From IMG/VR virus record IMGVR_UViG_3300048591_000242, positions 1 to 64,000 of that record: a DNA stretch of 64,000 nucleotides; one strand, given 5' to 3'. Position numbers and translations under genes: made by a program. The stretch is from a virus. Lineage: Duplodnaviria; Caudoviricetes. Shown here in pieces: positions 27,473-38,800 of this stretch. Positions within the stretch are counted from its first letter, which is position 1; the number at the start of each line of letters is the position of its first letter. The notes beneath the pieces are model-generated. The model ran no database searches. It saw only the letters and a list, made by a program, of their open reading frames with translations, and was not told where the DNA came from.

Positions 27473-29803
27473 TTACTCGAAGACGTATAGGTGACCACCG
27501 CCATAGGCAGTTACACCGCTGTCTATAGTGGCTAATACGCCACCATCATTACTTAAAGATACTTCTCTACCAAAGCCATAACTACTATGTAGTCCTTCCC
27601 CTTCCAGTACATCAGTTAAGTCATATTGGTTAGAAGTACGAGTATAGATACCTACTCTGCCGCTTGGGTTTTGGGCTGTAGGGGCACCTACCGCTATAAT
27701 GCTACCATCATAGTTGACATCTACTGTATAGCCGTGCCATCCAGAAACATCTCCTCTTTGTAGCTCAGAGTGTTGTACCCAGTTAGTACCTGACTTAGTA
27801 AAGACAAATGAGGCACCTACAGGAGTGCCACCGCCGCCTGAAGTATATGCACCTACTACTAAGGTAGAGCCGTCTCCTGAAAAGGCAAAGCTATAACCGA
27901 AGTTAGACTGCGTTTCTCTTACAGTAGTAACCAGTTTCTGTATGTAGCTCCAGGTAGTGCTGGATCTGTGATACAAATAAACGGCACCCGATCTAGTAGC
28001 GTCTCTGTAGTCTGACATACCTACGGTATTGCCGTCTGCAGATATAGCTACGAACCATCCGGCCTCAGCGTTATCTGCTGAACCGTTAGCTAGCTTCTGA
28101 GCTTGTGTCCAGGTACCACCTACATTCTTAAAGATATAAGCAGTGCCTCTATTTACATCAGCCCCGTTATCAAATCCATAAGAGCCTACTACCAATACTA
28201 AACCAGCATCGTCTATAGCTACGGAGTATCCAAAAAGATCAGTTACTTGTGGGTTACTAGAAGCAAACACTTGTGTTTCTGCCCATACCCCGCTAGTTTC
28301 TGTAAAGACACTTACAGTACTGTGTCCTGACACATGTCGGTTACCGCCAATTACTATAGTACTACCATCAGCAGATAAGCACATGCCGTTTACTGCTGCA
28401 CCACCGGACGGTAAGGCATACGTAGGGGTAAGCGTCTGTACTCTAGTCCAGAAACCTCCTACCTTTCTATACACAAACACTACTCCATCTGTAGCCGTAT
28501 ATCCGATACCGCCCTTCTTAATTATAGTAGTGCCGTCGGCAGACACAGCCATATTACCATTCCAGGTGTGTGACCCTACGAAATCTACTTCTAACAGTCT
28601 AGCTACCTGAGTATTAGGTATAGCTATATCGGTCATAAATCCAGCCGGTAAGCTCCATGCAGAAGATACTTCTAGACTGCTATTATGCATTACTCTGGCA
28701 TAGTAAGTTTCATTGCTACTTAAAGATACATCAGTTATCTTTAAGGTAAGTCCTTCAGTAGTAACGCCACTATCATAGACTATATTACTGAAACCCAAAT
28801 CAGAAGCTATTTGCCATCTACTGGAAGCATGTGTGCCACTACCGCTATAGGCGGTAGACTGTAGTATAGGAGTACTGTTTACTCTAACCGATCCGTCTAC
28901 AGGTGCTATAATAAACGGAGTATCTACCGTATAGACGTCTCCTCCTACGGTACCTCCTCCGCTAGTACCCTCTGCCGGATTTAGGTCTATGGGCTCCATT
29001 ACCCATACTGCTCCTGGTATCCTCTCTGAAGTAGAGGTAACGCTACCTGGATCATAGACTTCCTCACCTGGGTAGATAGATACTGCTTCCTGGTCTATCC
29101 GCATGTTTACGTATTCTCTAAGACTTTCCTCAGAGAATGTAATCTTACCGTCAATGCTATCTTCTACTTCTAAAATAAAACCATAGATGCTATTTAAGCG
29201 GTCATTATAGGTAGAGATGATCTGCAGTATTCTTTCATCTTGTTGATGTAAATTAGCTGCTGATAAGTGCAATGGTCTAGAGTCTAAAATAGCTCTTTCT
29301 AAACCATTTATAGCTTGAGTAACTGCTTCTAAACCAGTAAGGTCAGTTACTTGATGGTCGTGTACGTCCGGTGGAAACATAGCCGGTACGTTTATAATCT
29401 TTTTCCAGTCTACCGTAGAGTTTCTAGCTAGCTCTATAGCTTCTATAAGGTCAGCTACTAGTGCATTACTTCTACCCTCTACACCGCCTACACACCGATA
29501 GGTAATATAGAAATCACCAAATAGATCTGGGTTATCTAAAGCTACACCAGTAGCTGTCTCTATACCGGTCTCTGCGGTAATAAAGGAATCCATAGAGACG
29601 AAGTGGTAATCCGTATTCAAAACCAGTGGCGTACTGGTACCTACCTTTCTTATACTGAAATCTGTGGTATAAAAGACACCTTCCGTTACTACAGCCAGAC
29701 GTGCCCCGTTCTGGGCTACATTTTGTAACTCGTCTATAATAAGGTTACTCTGTGCCTGTCCCGTAGGATCGTACTGGTATCTTAAATTTAGTAGTTCTGT
29801 CAT
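27473..29803 (-). CDS. Tail/baseplate-anchored protein: YDPTG N-terminal domain, Ig/FN3-like module, FG-GAP propeller
   Basis: 776 aa; QYDPTG start shared with 54133 and 55853; HASSRWQIASD module; FGYSVAI repeats. Confidence 0.7.
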   Translation of the reverse strand: MTELLNLRYQYDPTGQAQSNLIIDELQNVAQNGARLAVVTEGVFYTTDFSIRKVGTSTPLVLNTDYHFVSMDSFITAETGIETATGVALDNPDLFGDFYITYRCVGGVEGRSNALVADLIEAIELARNSTVDWKKIINVPAMFPPDVHDHQVTDLTGLEAVTQAINGLERAILDSRPLHLSAANLHQQDERILQIISTYNDRLNSIYGFILEVEDSIDGKITFSEESLREYVNMRIDQEAVSIYPGEEVYDPGSVTSTSERIPGAVWVMEPIDLNPAEGTSGGGTVGGDVYTVDTPFIIAPVDGSVRVNSTPILQSTAYSGSGTHASSRWQIASDLGFSNIVYDSGVTTEGLTLKITDVSLSSNETYYARVMHNSSLEVSSAWSLPAGFMTDIAIPNTQVARLLEVDFVGSHTWNGNMAVSADGTTIIKKGGIGYTATDGVVFVYRKVGGFWTRVQTLTPTYALPSGGAAVNGMCLSADGSTIVIGGNRHVSGHSTVSVFTETSGVWAETQVFASSNPQVTDLFGYSVAIDDAGLVLVVGSYGFDNGADVNRGTAYIFKNVGGTWTQAQKLANGSADNAEAGWFVAISADGNTVGMSDYRDATRSGAVYLYHRSSTTWSYIQKLVTTVRETQSNFGYSFAFSGDGSTLVVGAYTSGGGGTPVGASFVFTKSGTNWVQHSELQRGDVSGWHGYTVDVNYDGSIIAVGAPTAQNPSGRVGIYTRTSNQYDLTDVLEGEGLHSSYGFGREVSLSNDGGVLATIDSGVTAYGGGHLYVFE

Positions 29804-29938
29804 TGGAATTGATCCTATTAATCGGTAAGCCCAAACTGAGTCGGACGTATGTAATTTACATTGAGGGTATATAGGATTTAAATAGCTATACTTCTCTAGG
29901 GCTAACCTAGAGAAGTATAGAGAGTATAGGTAAAATAA

Positions 29939-31507
29939 TTACCCGTAAATGTAAACACTGCTTACTGCGTATGTTCCTACGAAGAGGAAATTACCGTTAC
30001 CTGATATTTTTACTGAAGTACCGTACTCTACGTTAGTAGATGGGTCTACAGGATAAAGCATTGCATTTTGACCCCACGTACCACCTGCCTTAGTAAACAA
30101 ATAAGCAGAGCCTGAGTTAGTGCCATTTCCACCGTTGTCATCGTCTCTAAATGATCCCACGGCTAATGTATCGCCAGTAACCGACAAAGAGACGGAATTA
30201 CCAAACGACGAATCTACTGCTGTATCGGTAGCATATAACTTTTGTACCTCACTCCAGGTACCACCAGAGACAGTAAACATGTATACGGCACCTGCCGTAC
30301 TGGCATCCGCTTTAGGTACACCAATAGCAATAGTAGTACCATCTCCAGAAATAGCTACAGCAAAGCCAAACTCAATCCAGCTTTCACTATCTGAAGCAGT
30401 AAGTACTTGAGTCTGACTATAAGTACCACCCGAATTAGTGAATACTAAGGCCTGGCCAGCACTGTTTACGCCAGCTAGATTGTCACCGCCTACAATGGTA
30501 GTGGCATCATCGGACATGGCTATAGCTGTACCAAAACCATTGGAACCGCCAGTGAGTTTCTGAGACTGACTATAGGTACCACCGGATTTGGTAAATACGT
30601 AGATACCGTTTAATGCACCTATCGCTAAAGTACTACCGTCTGTAGACATAGCAATAGATTTGCCGAAGCGATTGCTCGCTGCACCGTCGTTAGGTAACAG
30701 CGCCTGACTCTGTGTCCAGAACCCGCCTACTTTAGTAAAGACATAAGCTTTACCTGCGTTAGCACCATTGGTAGAATCATAGCCGTCACCCACTACAATA
30801 GTATTGCCATCTGGAGATATAGCTACACTTCCACCGAACAGATCATCGGTACCTGGTATGGTTAGTGTAATAACTTCAGTCCAGGTAGAACCTGTTTTGT
30901 TATATACCTTAACCTCACCGTTACCAGTGGTGTTACCAGGCAGGCCCATTACCGCAGTACTGCCGTCTGCTGACACGCTGATGTATACACCGAAGTCACT
31001 AAAGCCTGCTACAGTTTTAGTATCCAGTAAGTTCTCTGGTAATACTGGTACTGTAGTAAAGGACACGCCCTCGCTCCATTGTGAAGATACACCTAAAATA
31101 CTGGTGTGTTTGACTCTAGCATACAGAACCGTAGCTCCCGCTAAAGGACTAACTACCGAATGCTGAATCAAACCTACTGTATCTGCTCCACTGTCATAAA
31201 CAATGTTAGCAAACAAGTCGTCTGTAGCGATTTGCCACTTACTAGAGTAGTGTGCCCCGTTACCGGTATAAGCGTTACTCTGCAATACAGGTGTACGGCT
31301 TACACTAATAGACGCTTCTACCGGTGCTATAATAGATGGAATATCTACGGTATAAGTAGCACCGTCTATAGGGTGACCCCCTGGCTTAACACCGTCAATG
31401 ATATTTACCATTGAGGTGCTTTCATTTAAGACCAACTCCCCTTTGACACCGACATAGTTTGCTATGTCATTTGCGGTGCCGTGTTTTAATAAAACCTTCA
31501 TACACAC
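29939..31507 (-). CDS. FG-GAP beta-propeller tail/adhesin paralog
   Basis: DGVKPGG N-terminal module, HYSSKWQIATD module, FG.SVAIS.DG repeats. Confidence 0.75.
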   Translation of the reverse strand: MCMKVLLKHGTANDIANYVGVKGELVLNESTSMVNIIDGVKPGGHPIDGATYTVDIPSIIAPVEASISVSRTPVLQSNAYTGNGAHYSSKWQIATDDLFANIVYDSGADTVGLIQHSVVSPLAGATVLYARVKHTSILGVSSQWSEGVSFTTVPVLPENLLDTKTVAGFSDFGVYISVSADGSTAVMGLPGNTTGNGEVKVYNKTGSTWTEVITLTIPGTDDLFGGSVAISPDGNTIVVGDGYDSTNGANAGKAYVFTKVGGFWTQSQALLPNDGAASNRFGKSIAMSTDGSTLAIGALNGIYVFTKSGGTYSQSQKLTGGSNGFGTAIAMSDDATTIVGGDNLAGVNSAGQALVFTNSGGTYSQTQVLTASDSESWIEFGFAVAISGDGTTIAIGVPKADASTAGAVYMFTVSGGTWSEVQKLYATDTAVDSSFGNSVSLSVTGDTLAVGSFRDDDNGGNGTNSGSAYLFTKAGGTWGQNAMLYPVDPSTNVEYGTSVKISGNGNFLFVGTYAVSSVYIYG

Positions 31508-31571
31508 TCCTAAGTACAGGGGTCTATTCCCCCTATACTCTAACTAATTGTAAGTTTGAAAGAAAGACACA

Positions 31572-32267
31572 TTACTGTGCGGTAGTAGCGGCTTCAAATT
31601 CTGAACGTACATTGTAGTCGGTCAGTGCTTCCAGAGTAGAGGAGTTGATAACCTGCTCAATAGCTGAACGTGCGGTAAAACCTGCATTTAAACGACTTAC
31701 GATAGCACCGTATACGCCCTGTGCATCAGCCAGTGAGTTTAATTCAATACGGCCGTTTTCTAATGGCGCACTGCTTGGGTCCATTGGGTTAAAGTCGTTA
31801 CCGGTAGCCGGTACCTTACCACGCCATTCGGTAGAAGTAATAGCACCGCTGGTAAACAGATCCAATGTAGCCATAACGTTAATACGGGCTTCAAAGTCAG
31901 CCTTAATTAAAATACCGTTATATTCAAAACGATCCTGTTCATACTTTTCATGTAAATCAGAAAGACGTTTCAGATACTCAGCACGCAACTCTGCTACGGT
32001 CTTATCTACTACTGGAAAGGTATAGGTTACCAGAGTTGGCTCTTCAGTACGCGTAGGCTGACCGTGTTTCTGTGTTTTAGTAAGGTTAGGCTTAACCTCT
32101 ACTACTGGCTTAATGTCAATAGTAGCGATTTGTACCGCAGAGGTTAAACGCGGTGGTACCAGATTCATGTTTCCGCCTTGTCTGGCTACTACGTCACGTA
32201 CAATCTTAGGATCAAATTCCATTGGCCCAGCAATCTTATTACCGTTACGGAAAATTTCGCATTTCAT
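31572..32267 (-). CDS. DUF4376-like tail-fibre chaperone paralog 1
   Basis: MKCEIFRNGNK..GP start and ADFEARIN motif shared with 42482 and 43233. Confidence 0.55.
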   Translation of the reverse strand: MKCEIFRNGNKIAGPMEFDPKIVRDVVARQGGNMNLVPPRLTSAVQIATIDIKPVVEVKPNLTKTQKHGQPTRTEEPTLVTYTFPVVDKTVAELRAEYLKRLSDLHEKYEQDRFEYNGILIKADFEARINVMATLDLFTSGAITSTEWRGKVPATGNDFNPMDPSSAPLENGRIELNSLADAQGVYGAIVSRLNAGFTARSAIEQVINSSTLEALTDYNVRSEFEAATTAQ

Positions 32268-32360
32268 TGTTATATCCTTTCTGATATTTTTAATTAAGAA
32301 TACGCCACTAAATAGAACGTGGCGTTATGTACACAAGTTTACTATACAATTTCGATACAA

Positions 32361-34022
32361 CTACTGGTAAAGGTAGGCCATTGCACTTACAGTTGTAGAT
32401 TCCGGTGTAGCTGTGTACTTGCCAGCTACCAGAACACTATTACCATCTCCAGAGATAGCTACTTCTCTACCATAGAAATCTCCAGATACACCATCGGAAG
32501 CAAGTAGTTTAGTCTCTATCCAACTAGAACCATCTCTATCGTAGACATAAGCCGAACCTCTGGCTGATCCACCTGATCCATAGGCACCGACCAAAATACG
32601 ATTGCCATTAGCGGATATAGCTACATCATGGCCAAAGAAGTCGTTGTTAACGAAATCGGATTGAGTTAGTTTTGTAACACCCCAGATACTGCCATTCCAT
32701 TCGTATATATAGATGGCACCACGGTTAGTGTTTTGTCTTGGCGTACCTACTACTACAACTAGTCCATCAGCAGACATAGCCACAGCAGTACCGAATTCGT
32801 CACTGGTTACCCCATCCGTAGGAGTTATCTTGACGTAGTTCCAGTTATTCGTTACCCACGTATAGATAAATAGCGAGCCAGCATTATCGGCATACGTGCC
32901 TACTGCGAAGCTATAGCCATCTTCTGATATGGCTACATCCCATCCGAAACGTACAGATGAGCTAGGTGAGGCTGGATATATCTTAGTTTGGACATAACTA
33001 CTACCATTCCAGATAAGCATATAAACAGCACCACTAGAAATACCGGCACCTAAATCTACAGGTGAACCTACTATAATTCTAGTGCCGTCTCCGTTTACCG
33101 CTACACTATGCCCAAAGTTGGCATTAGTACGGGTGTATATTGCAAGGATTTTAGTAGCATCCCAACTAGTGCCATTCCATTTGAATACGTGTATGGCACC
33201 CTCACTGGATTGTGTGCCACCCAGGTCATCTAGTGGTGAACCTACAACAATCGTATCCCCGTCTCCAGAAACAGATACTGCTGTGCCGAATCTATCACCA
33301 GACACCTCCTGCGTACTCTGCAGTGTAGTTTCTGCCCAACTACTACCATTCCATTTATAGATGTAAACCTGTCCGCGTGCATTATTCCACCCGCGCGCAC
33401 CTATTACTACAGTCAGTCCATCAGCAGATGTAGCCACAGACTCGCCGTTGTGTGCATTTAGACTATTGTCATAGGTAATGAATTTATATACTTCATTAGT
33501 AGGTGCACCTTGACTGACAGTAAAGCTAATAGCTGGTCCCCATCCAGATTCTAAACCAGAGCTTCCTTTATACTTAGCTCTAGCGTAGTATGTAGTATCC
33601 GGTGCCAGAAACGTATCTGTAGTAGATAAATCTATACTGGTTAAGTTTACATCGTCGTGATATGAATCAAACGCTACATTACTGAAATTAATATCTGTAG
33701 CTATTTGCCACCTAGTGTGCGTATGGGTTTCCATATTGCCATCCGGAGTAATACCGATAAAGGCATTACTGGTTATTACTGGTCTAGTGCCCACATCTAC
33801 AGCGCCATTACTGGGGCTAAGTATGGAAGGTAACTTAATACCAGAAACTAACTCACTTTGGATAAGTTTACCACCTGGTGTTACGCCATCAGATATCCGT
33901 ATGCTCTCCATACCAGGACGTACATCGACTACCAATTCGTTGGGTCCACCTACATGGCTTTCTATGGAGTTACTATTAAACCGTTTCCACAGAAACGGAG
34001 CATTCATTACTTTCGTAGTCAT
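32361..34022 (-). CDS. FG-GAP beta-propeller tail/adhesin paralog
   Basis: Same three-part architecture, 553 aa. Confidence 0.75.
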   Translation of the reverse strand: MTTKVMNAPFLWKRFNSNSIESHVGGPNELVVDVRPGMESIRISDGVTPGGKLIQSELVSGIKLPSILSPSNGAVDVGTRPVITSNAFIGITPDGNMETHTHTRWQIATDINFSNVAFDSYHDDVNLTSIDLSTTDTFLAPDTTYYARAKYKGSSGLESGWGPAISFTVSQGAPTNEVYKFITYDNSLNAHNGESVATSADGLTVVIGARGWNNARGQVYIYKWNGSSWAETTLQSTQEVSGDRFGTAVSVSGDGDTIVVGSPLDDLGGTQSSEGAIHVFKWNGTSWDATKILAIYTRTNANFGHSVAVNGDGTRIIVGSPVDLGAGISSGAVYMLIWNGSSYVQTKIYPASPSSSVRFGWDVAISEDGYSFAVGTYADNAGSLFIYTWVTNNWNYVKITPTDGVTSDEFGTAVAMSADGLVVVVGTPRQNTNRGAIYIYEWNGSIWGVTKLTQSDFVNNDFFGHDVAISANGNRILVGAYGSGGSARGSAYVYDRDGSSWIETKLLASDGVSGDFYGREVAISGDGNSVLVAGKYTATPESTTVSAMAYLYQ

Positions 34023-34045
34023 TATTTAGTGCTCCAAATTAAAGA

Positions 34046-35716
34046 CTAATTAAAGATGTAGATATGTCCTTCGCCCACTGTACCCAGCTCACCGGCTAAT
34101 ACAGTGGCGCCATCACCTGAAATAGCCACAGATCCAATATAACCAGAATCTACTGCGCCGTATATATCAGGAACTGTCTCATACCAGACACCTTCATCCA
34201 AGGTATATAGATACAGTGCACCACCGTTGTTGATGTGTATGTCTGATCCTCTCGCCGCTACCGCTATAATAGTGGCATCTGAAGACAACGATACAGAGTA
34301 ACCCAACACGTCATGCATGGTCATGTTAGACGTACTAAGTTTACTCTGACTCCAACTACCACTAGATGTCCAACTACCGCCCAGATACTTAATCACATAC
34401 ATTGCACCACTGTTGACTGCTGGTACGGTATGGCCATACGCACCGACTGCAATTACAGTACCGTCATATGAGATGGATATAGAGAAACCGAACCTGTGAC
34501 TACCGGCTCCATCCGAGGCAAAATGCTCTTTAAGCGTTGACCAGCTACTACCACTCCTTCTAGTAACGTATACGGATCCAGCAAAAGAATTTTTTCCGTA
34601 TGCTCCAAACGATGCAGTGTTGCCGTTACCTGAAATAGCCACAGACATACCGAATTGAGTATTTACGGAGTTTATGGGTCGTACTAGTAGAGGGGAGCTT
34701 GCGCCATCATACCAAGAGCCATTGGTCCATGTGTAGATACGGGCAGCTCCAGATGATGTAGCAAACGTATTGTCATAGGGTGATCCTACTATAAATACAG
34801 TGCCATCATAGTTCACCGATACGGATCTACCAAAACCACCACCTTTGCTACTTATCTTGGTCTCATCCCAACTAGTACCATTCCATTTGTATATGTATAC
34901 TAGTCCACCATAGTAACTATTGTTGCCCTCGGCACCTACGACTAATGTATTGCTATCCCCAGAAATGGAAACGGCCAGACCGAAAGCCCACCCAGTCGAT
35001 TCATCAGAAGCATTTATCTTAGTCTCTACCCAATTGTTACCAGATTTTCTGTAAACATAAACCGAGCCAACGCCACTGTTGTCTCCTCGCGCCCCTACTG
35101 CTATAACGGTACCATCAGAGTTGCTGGATACCGCATGGCCAAACTTATCTCCAGCTACTGCATCAGACGAAGTAAATCTATCGGTCTGTGTACCTAAACC
35201 CCCATTACCGGTCATAAACATACTAGTAGGGCCCCAACCTGATTCTAAACCTGAGGCTCCTTTATACTTCAATCTAACATAATAGTTAGTATTAGGAGTT
35301 AACAGAACACCCTCTAAACTAAGATCTATGCTGGTAAGATTAGTAGTCTCCATGTCAGAGTCAAACACGATGGTTGTAAAATTACTATTACTAGCAATCT
35401 GCCACCTTGTATGTGAGTGACTATCCGTATCCATGTTAGCATCTAGTCCTATAAATGCAGAACTATTAAGAATTGGCATTGTACCAATATCTACTGCCTC
35501 ATTAGTAGGGGACAGAAGAAAAGGTAAGTTAATACCTGAGACTAATTCGCTTAAAACTAAACTGCCTCCTGGAGTAACACCGTCACCGATGCGCATTCCC
35601 TCAAAACCAGGGCGCATATCAATCAATAACTCGTTAGCAGCTCCTACATAACTTTCTACTGAGTTATCTGTAAACCGTTTCCAAAGAAACGGAGCATTCA
35701 TTACTTTCGTAGTCAT
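34046..35716 (-). CDS. FG-GAP beta-propeller tail/adhesin paralog
   Basis: Same architecture; first 14 aa identical to those of 32361..34022. Confidence 0.75.
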   Translation of the reverse strand: MTTKVMNAPFLWKRFTDNSVESYVGAANELLIDMRPGFEGMRIGDGVTPGGSLVLSELVSGINLPFLLSPTNEAVDIGTMPILNSSAFIGLDANMDTDSHSHTRWQIASNSNFTTIVFDSDMETTNLTSIDLSLEGVLLTPNTNYYVRLKYKGASGLESGWGPTSMFMTGNGGLGTQTDRFTSSDAVAGDKFGHAVSSNSDGTVIAVGARGDNSGVGSVYVYRKSGNNWVETKINASDESTGWAFGLAVSISGDSNTLVVGAEGNNSYYGGLVYIYKWNGTSWDETKISSKGGGFGRSVSVNYDGTVFIVGSPYDNTFATSSGAARIYTWTNGSWYDGASSPLLVRPINSVNTQFGMSVAISGNGNTASFGAYGKNSFAGSVYVTRRSGSSWSTLKEHFASDGAGSHRFGFSISISYDGTVIAVGAYGHTVPAVNSGAMYVIKYLGGSWTSSGSWSQSKLSTSNMTMHDVLGYSVSLSSDATIIAVAARGSDIHINNGGALYLYTLDEGVWYETVPDIYGAVDSGYIGSVAISGDGATVLAGELGTVGEGHIYIFN

Positions 35717-35804
35717 GAAAATATAACTCCTAAAAGAGTAATCATTTAAAAGAATTTGGGTATATAGTCGGTAGGAAAAACACTACGGACTATATTAAGA
35801 CATG

Positions 35805-38800
35805 TTAGTATACGGCGTATATATAAGCAGCACCACTGTCATTGCCGCCAGTATCATCATTACGGGCGCCTGAGATAATAGTACTACCGTCGTCAGACAT
35901 GGCTACAGAATAGCCATTTTGTATGTTTCCGACGTTCTCACTATCTGCATGCTGTGTTGTCATCCATACCCCATCCGCATATTTACATGAATAAACCAGA
36001 GATTTGCTAGTAATACCTATACTGTTACCTATGGTACCAGATACAATCCTGTCACCGGTGTCATTCATGTCTAAAGACCAGCCAAATTTATCCCCACCCT
36101 TTAAAGTATGCGGAATAATTAGCTCTTCTTCCCAGACAGATCCATTCCATCTATGAACAGTTGCTGACCCTACTTCAGCCCAATATCCAGAATATCTGTA
36201 CGGTGCACCGACAGTGATAATATCACCAGAGGCATTTACCGCCACAGAATGGCCATACTGGATGCTTGAGCCTATACCAGTATCTGACATAGATAACATC
36301 GTTTCTTCTATCCATACGGTACCGTTCCATTTAAACACATATACGGTGCCCATATTGCTGTTGTATCCAGGGCTACCCACCACGACTGTATTACCGTCGG
36401 TTGATATGCTTAGGGATTGGCCGAAACGATCGCCTGAAACTATACCCGTAGGAGTAGGTATTTCATGTTTTATCCAACTACCTCCAACTAATTTATACGT
36501 ATCAGCACCAAAATAATTGATACCGTTTGTATTTGATTTATCGGTAGATACAACAATCCTGTCACCGGCCCCATTAACGGCCAGTGACATACCAGTACTT
36601 GCGTTAACATGTACGGCTGGTACCGCTGTAGCGGTCTGTGTATAGCTAGTACCATTCCATTGATATAGAACTACTGTCTGACCTAACGTTGAGTTTGTAC
36701 TTACAAAAACTTTATTGCCAGTGGCATCTAGTTTTGCATTTACAGCAATAAGATTACCTAGATCTGAGGTAACAATATGTTCAGTCCAGTTACCTCCAGT
36801 TTTTCTATAGACGTAAACATCGCCTCTGTTGGTGGCCCTACTGTCCTTACCAGGAGCCAAAACAGAAACCACATCACCGTTGGCGGATACAGATACTATT
36901 TGACCGAATCCATCTACGGCCGCCGCATTGCTTGCGTACATAATGTCGCTTTGACCAAAAATATCTACTACTTGATCATTCTCCATTAATCTGTAAATAT
37001 AAACAGCACCCTTGTCAGTATTTCCACCCAGATCGTGTCCTGGTGCACCTATCGCAATCGTGGTGCCGTTACCAGAAACAGATATAGGGTTATGCTTTCC
37101 TACAAGAGTGGTTGATGTTCGTCCAAAATCATCCCTGAACGTTACTTCTGGCTGAACAATATCATGATTCAGCCAAACTGAGCCGTATTTCCTATACACC
37201 ACAACCGCAGATTCATTGGTGTTTATACCTCTATGCACAGCAATGGTTCTTCCGTCTCCAGAAATCGATAGCGGTACGCCATACTCGGTATTTCCTGGAC
37301 CGTATAGAACATCCTCTACCCAACTACTACCATTCCATGTTTTTACTACAACCGCACTGTTACCATTAGTAGTAACCCTTACACTGCCCACTATGATATT
37401 TCCGTCGTCTGACATATCTGAATATTGGCCATACTGACCACCTGTATCGGATATTGGTGAAGTAAGTTTAGATTCAATATATGAACCGCCAATATCACGG
37501 TCGTATATATAAATCGCTCCACCTGAACCAACAGTGCTACCAGGGGCACTTACACATATCCTTGTGTAATCTGAAGATATACTTACGCACTCTCCGTAGA
37601 AAGATACGGCAGAACCGTCAGACGCTGTTCTTTTAACAGGCGTTGACCATCCCAGGACATCCCGTGTAGCTATATAGATGGCGCCAGCAGAAGATCCCAA
37701 TGTGTCGTCTTCTGGAGCACCTATAACTAGTACAACTCCGTTATCTGAAATAGCCACAGATGAGCCAAAATAATCATTAGCTGTCGGGGCAGGCGGGTAT
37801 ATTGTCTCTGTTGACCAACTAGACCCTGTCCATTTATAGAAAACAACATGTCCGGCATTGTTTGCGCCAGTATCTCCGCCAGGATAACCAGCAACAACCA
37901 TATTTCCATCGCTAGTCATGTCCACCGCACTGTGTGCGTATACCCCGGAAGATATACCTCCTCCAGTTAGAGTAGTTCTAGTCCATCCAGTTGGGGTTCT
38001 TTTATATATATAAGAATTACCATTATTGTCACTAAAGGCTGTTACCAACATAGTGTTGCCGTCGTCGGATACACGAACAGAGGTACCTAGTTCTGACGCA
38101 AATATGTCTTCTGGTAGTAAAGTTAATTTATTTACTTGTGTATATGTAAAACTAACTAATGTGGTAAAGCTGCTAGCACTACTCCATGCAGACAATCCAG
38201 CTGTAGCTCCTTCATACATTACTCGTACAAAATGCTCCGTACCTTCAGCTAATGCAACCAACCCATCCAAATCGATTGTTTGTTTGTGAGTAGACTGTAA
38301 TCCACTATCATACACCAACTCAGTAAAGGTAGCATTTGTAGCAACTTGCCATCTACTTCTACTATGAGTATCAGCTCCATCCCCTACCGCAAACCCTATA
38401 AAAGCAGAGCCTGTGATTACTGGAGAGGTACCTACGTCAGTAGTACCTACTACCGGTGAAGTAATAGAAGGAGTATTTACCCCAATCTCATCAAACATAG
38501 TAAAGTTAATTACATCACTCCATGCCGAATCTCTACCAGTAATACCCTGATATTTAACTCTAACATAGTAGGTTTGTCCCTCTACCATGGTGTACTTACT
38601 AGCTAAATTAATACTAGTTAAGTCATTACCCTGCATGTTAGAATCGTAAACTATACCAGTGAATCCACTATTAGTAGAAACCTGCCACTGACTCTGTCCG
38701 TGTGAATCTGGCTCCATTCCTGAACCGAATCCCTCAAAGGCGTTAGCTACTACAGTAGGGTTAGCTGTTAAACCGGTGGCTCCATTAGCTGGAGCGGTAA

